Under the pieces are notes generated by a model. It saw only the letters and a list, made by a program, of their open reading frames with translations. It was not told the origin of the DNA and made no database searches. From assembly GCF_001457615.1 (NCBI RefSeq), contig NZ_LN831024.1, positions 5,670,001 to 5,702,000 on the forward strand: a stretch of DNA of 32,000 bases, in the 5' to 3' direction. The translations under genes and the position numbers were made by a program. Of the stretch, positions 28,146-32,000 are shown piece by piece; positions within the stretch are counted from its first letter, which is position 1; the number at the start of each line of letters is the position of its first letter. This DNA is from Pseudomonas aeruginosa. Lineage in GTDB: Bacteria; Pseudomonadota; Gammaproteobacteria; Pseudomonadales; Pseudomonadaceae.

Positions 28146-31100
28146 ATGCCTGCCCTCCGCTCCCTGATCGCTATTCTTTTCCTCGGCCTCTGCCTTGCCA
28201 GTCCGCCGCTCCTCGCCCAGTCCGAGCCGCCCTCGGCCGAGACCGTCCAGCAAAGCCTCGACAAGCTGGCCGAGCGCAAGCTCGCCGAAGCCGACCAGAA
28301 GGTCGCCAAGGCCAGCCTCGAACAGACCCTCAAGTTCCTCGCCGCGCGCGACGAAGCGCTGCAGAGCCTGGAGGACCTGAAAAAGCGCCTGAGCGACGCG
28401 CCCCGGCAGATCGAGGAAAACCAGCGCGAACTGGAGCGCCTGAAGAAGACCAAAGAACGTCCGGTCAGCGAACGCTACAGCGGCGAGAGCGCGGCCCGCC
28501 TGGAAATGCTGCTCAACGACCGCACCACCCAGCAGGCCGAGTGGCAGAAGGCCCTGGGCGAGGCCAACAGCCTGTCGATCACCGCCGAGACCCGTCCGGA
28601 ACGAGCCCAGGCCGGCATCAGCAGCATGCAGGCACGGATCCTGGAAATCGGCTCGCTGCTCAAGGCCGGCAAGGAAAGCAGCAAGACGATCAACGCCGAC
28701 CGTCGCGGTGAGCTGCTCGCCGAGCAGGCCGCATTGACCGTGCAGAGCCAGCTGTTGCGCCAGGAGCTGGCCGGCAACAACCTGCTGCAGGACCTCGGCA
28801 AGAGCCAGCACGATCTGCTCACCGAGAAGATCTCGCGCCTGGAAAAGGAAACCCTCGACCTGCAGGCGCTGATCAGCGAGAAGCGCCGCGAGCAGTCGGA
28901 AAAGACCGTCGCCGAGCTGTCCAAGGAAGGCGCCCAGGGGGCCGGCACCGACAGCCTGCTGAGCCAGGAGAACGCCAAGAACCTGCGTCTCTCCGACTAC
29001 CTCCTGCGTGCCACCGACCGCCTCAACGTGCTCACCCGGCGCAACCTCGAGACCAAGCAGCAACTGGACAACCTGACCCAGTCCAACCAGGCCCTCGAGG
29101 AACAGATCAACGTCCTGCGCGGCAGCCTGCTGCTGTCGCGCATCCTCTACAAGCAGAAACAGGCGCTGCCCAAGATCAAGGCCGACCAGAGCCTGGCCGA
29201 CGAGATCGCCGACCTGCGCCTCGGCCAGTTCGAACTGAACCAGGAACGCGACAAGCTGGCGACCCCGCAGCAATACCTGGACGACCTGCTCGCCCAGCAG
29301 CCCAGCGAGCAGGTCACGCCGGAACTGCGCAAGGATCTCGACACCCTGTTGGCAACCCGTTCCGAGTTGCTCGAACGGCTCAACCACGAACTCAACGCGC
29401 TGCTCAACGAAGCGATCACCTTGCAGTTGAACCAGAAACAGTTGCTTTCCACCAGCGAGAGCCTGCGCACCACCCTCGACGAGCAGATGTTCTGGATTCC
29501 CAGCAACCAGCCGCTCGACCTGTCCTGGTTCAAGATGACCCCGACCCTGCTGAAGAACCAGCTCACCGAGATCCCCTGGGGCTCCGGGGTGCGTGAACTG
29601 GGCGAAGGCCTGGTCGATCGGCCGCTGCTGTTCCTGCCGCTGTTCCTGCTGATCGCCGCGCTGCTGTGGAAACGCCGCTACCTGTACGACAAGCTGGCGG
29701 AGCTGAACGACGACATCGGCCACTTCAAGCGCGACAGCCAGCTGCATACCCCGCTGGCGATCCTGATCACCATCCTCCTCGCCCTGCCCGGCACCCTGAC
29801 CTTCGCCGTCGCCGGGCTGGCCCTGCTGCTGGACGCCCGCGGCCAGAACGCCACCCTTGGCAGCGCCCTGCTGGAAATGGCCCAGGTCTGGCTGCTGTTC
29901 TACACCGCCCATCGCATCCTCACCCCGGGCGGCATCGCCGAGCGGCATTTCCACTGGAGCCGCGAACAGGTCGGCTTCCTCGACCGGCACCTGGTCCGCC
30001 TCGGCGTTGTGGTCCTGGCGCTGGTCGGCGTGGTGACGGTGGCCGAGCACCAGCCGGCGAGTCTGGCCGACGACGTGATCGGCATCGCCGTGGTCCTGCT
30101 CGGCTACGCGGCCATGGCCTGGCTGCTCAGCCGCCTGCTGTTCAGCAGCCCCGGCGACGAACGTCCGTCGCTGATCAAGATGATCGTCGGCATCCTCTTC
30201 ACCGCGCTGCCGCTGGTGCTCTTCGTCGCGGTCTGCTTCGGCTACTACTACACCTCGCTGAAGCTCACCGACCGTCTCATCGATACCCTTTACCTGCTGC
30301 TGCTCTGGTTCGTCATCGAAGCCGCCTTCGTCCGCGGCCTGGGCGTGGCGGCCCGGCGCCTGGCCTACGCCCGGGCCCTGGCGAAACGGCAGAACGCGGC
30401 GAAGGAAGGCGTCGACGGCGAGACCAACGTCGAGGAGCCGACCCTCGGCATCGAGCAGATCAACCAGCAATCGCTGCGGCTGATCCGCCTGGCCCTGCTG
30501 ATCGGCTTCATCGTCTGCCTGTACTGGGTCTGGGCCGACCTGATCAGCGTGATCTCCTACCTCGACAACGTCACCCTGTACCAGTACACCGCCGGCACCG
30601 GCGAAGCGGCCACCAGCGTGCCGATCAGCCTGCGCGACTTCCTCGCGGCGCTGGCCATCGCGGTGGTCACCGTGGCCTTGGCGCGCAACCTGCCCGGCCT
30701 GCTGGAAGTCCTGGTACTGCAGCGCCTGACCCTGGCCCAGGGCAGCGCCTACGCCACCACCACCCTGCTTTCCTACGCCATCAGCGGCATCGGCATCGTC
30801 AGCGCCCTGTCTACCCTCGGGGTCAGCTGGGACAAGCTGCAATGGCTGGTGGCGGCGCTCTCGGTAGGCCTCGGTTTCGGCCTGCAGGCGATCTTCTCCA
30901 ACTTCGTCTCCGGCCTGATCATCCTCTTCGAGCGTCCGGTACGAATCGGCGACGTGGTGACCATCGGCAACCTGTCCGGCACGGTCAGCCGGATCCGCAT
31001 CCGCGCCACCACCATCACCGATTTCGACCGCAAGGAGATCATCGTCCCGAACCAGACCTTCATCACCGGGCAACTGGTGAACTGGTCGCTGAGCGATACC

Positions 31101-31502
31101 GTGACCCGGGTCACCATCAAGATCGGCCTGGCCTACGAGACCGACCTGCCGCTGGCGCGCAAGCTGATGATGCAGGCGGTCAAGGAAAACCCGCGGGTAC
31201 TGCGCGACCCGGAGCCGCTGCTGTACTTCCTGACCATCAGCGCCAGTACCTTCGACTACGAGCTGCGCTTCCACGTCCGCGAACTGGGCGACCGCAATCC
31301 CTCTACCGACGAGATCCTGACGAAGATCGCCACCAGCTTCCGCGAACACAAGATCGACATGGCTTTCAACCAGGTCGATGTGTTCGTCAAGAACCTCCAG
31401 GGCCAGCAGGTCCAGCTGTTCGTCGGCGAGCCGCAGCACAGCGGCGTCGGCAATCCGCCCGCGCTCAAGGGCCAGGACGGTCCCGCCGAACCGACCCGCT
31501 GA
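28146..31502 (+). CDS. MscK/KefA-like mechanosensitive channel
   Basis: 1118 aa; N-terminal signal peptide-like MPALRSLIAILFLGLCLASPPLLAQ, long coiled-coil periplasmic region, C-terminal MscS core (VGLGFGLQAIFSNFVSGLIILFERPVRIGDVVTIGNLSGTVSRIRIRATTITDFDRKEIIVPN). Confidence 0.93.
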   Translation: MPALRSLIAILFLGLCLASPPLLAQSEPPSAETVQQSLDKLAERKLAEADQKVAKASLEQTLKFLAARDEALQSLEDLKKRLSDAPRQIEENQRELERLKKTKERPVSERYSGESAARLEMLLNDRTTQQAEWQKALGEANSLSITAETRPERAQAGISSMQARILEIGSLLKAGKESSKTINADRRGELLAEQAALTVQSQLLRQELAGNNLLQDLGKSQHDLLTEKISRLEKETLDLQALISEKRREQSEKTVAELSKEGAQGAGTDSLLSQENAKNLRLSDYLLRATDRLNVLTRRNLETKQQLDNLTQSNQALEEQINVLRGSLLLSRILYKQKQALPKIKADQSLADEIADLRLGQFELNQERDKLATPQQYLDDLLAQQPSEQVTPELRKDLDTLLATRSELLERLNHELNALLNEAITLQLNQKQLLSTSESLRTTLDEQMFWIPSNQPLDLSWFKMTPTLLKNQLTEIPWGSGVRELGEGLVDRPLLFLPLFLLIAALLWKRRYLYDKLAELNDDIGHFKRDSQLHTPLAILITILLALPGTLTFAVAGLALLLDARGQNATLGSALLEMAQVWLLFYTAHRILTPGGIAERHFHWSREQVGFLDRHLVRLGVVVLALVGVVTVAEHQPASLADDVIGIAVVLLGYAAMAWLLSRLLFSSPGDERPSLIKMIVGILFTALPLVLFVAVCFGYYYTSLKLTDRLIDTLYLLLLWFVIEAAFVRGLGVAARRLAYARALAKRQNAAKEGVDGETNVEEPTLGIEQINQQSLRLIRLALLIGFIVCLYWVWADLISVISYLDNVTLYQYTAGTGEAATSVPISLRDFLAALAIAVVTVALARNLPGLLEVLVLQRLTLAQGSAYATTTLLSYAISGIGIVSALSTLGVSWDKLQWLVAALSVGLGFGLQAIFSNFVSGLIILFERPVRIGDVVTIGNLSGTVSRIRIRATTITDFDRKEIIVPNQTFITGQLVNWSLSDTVTRVTIKIGLAYETDLPLARKLMMQAVKENPRVLRDPEPLLYFLTISASTFDYELRFHVRELGDRNPSTDEILTKIATSFREHKIDMAFNQVDVFVKNLQGQQVQLFVGEPQHSGVGNPPALKGQDGPAEPTR

Positions 31503-32000
<498 letters not shown>

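Noticed and set aside
28107-31439. 1110 aa minus-strand ORF opposite the mscK-like gene
   Set aside because: Antisense artefact; Q/H/A/G-rich with no domain signature, while the plus strand encodes a complete MscS-family core.

Overview
GC-rich chromosomal window whose gene content and order match the Pseudomonas aeruginosa LPS-core / aceEF region (recognised from memory, no search run). Minus strand, 1..14500: a 5'-partial mig-14-like gene, wapH-like glycosyltransferase, carbamoyltransferase, four consecutive kinase-fold genes (PA5006-like, wapQ-like, wapP-like, waaP), waaG, waaC, waaF, ilvE and glnE. Plus strand from about 14.7 kb: aceE, aceF, a GAF/PAS/GGDEF/EAL gene (dipA-like), msrA, (minus) rlmJ, an acyl-CoA dehydrogenase, a Na+/H+ antiporter with TTG start, an MscK-like mechanosensitive channel, and the start of selO/ydiU. 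I see no CRISPR, mobile element, tRNA/rRNA or clear novel multi-gene system; this looks like core genome. Points worth a second look: an apparent 1-nt frameshift near the 5' end of the dipA-like gene; paired TGTAGT-N3-ACTACA-type inverted repeats upstream of aceE; a repeated ACGTAA direct-repeat motif in the same orientation upstream of both ilvE and the antiporter; tandem strong hairpins between aceE and aceF; a perfect hairpin that sequesters the selO Shine-Dalgarno; a tandem-kinase protein; and loss of the HxD aspartate in the WapQ-like kinase-fold protein. Most long antisense ORFs in the supplied track are high-GC artefacts.
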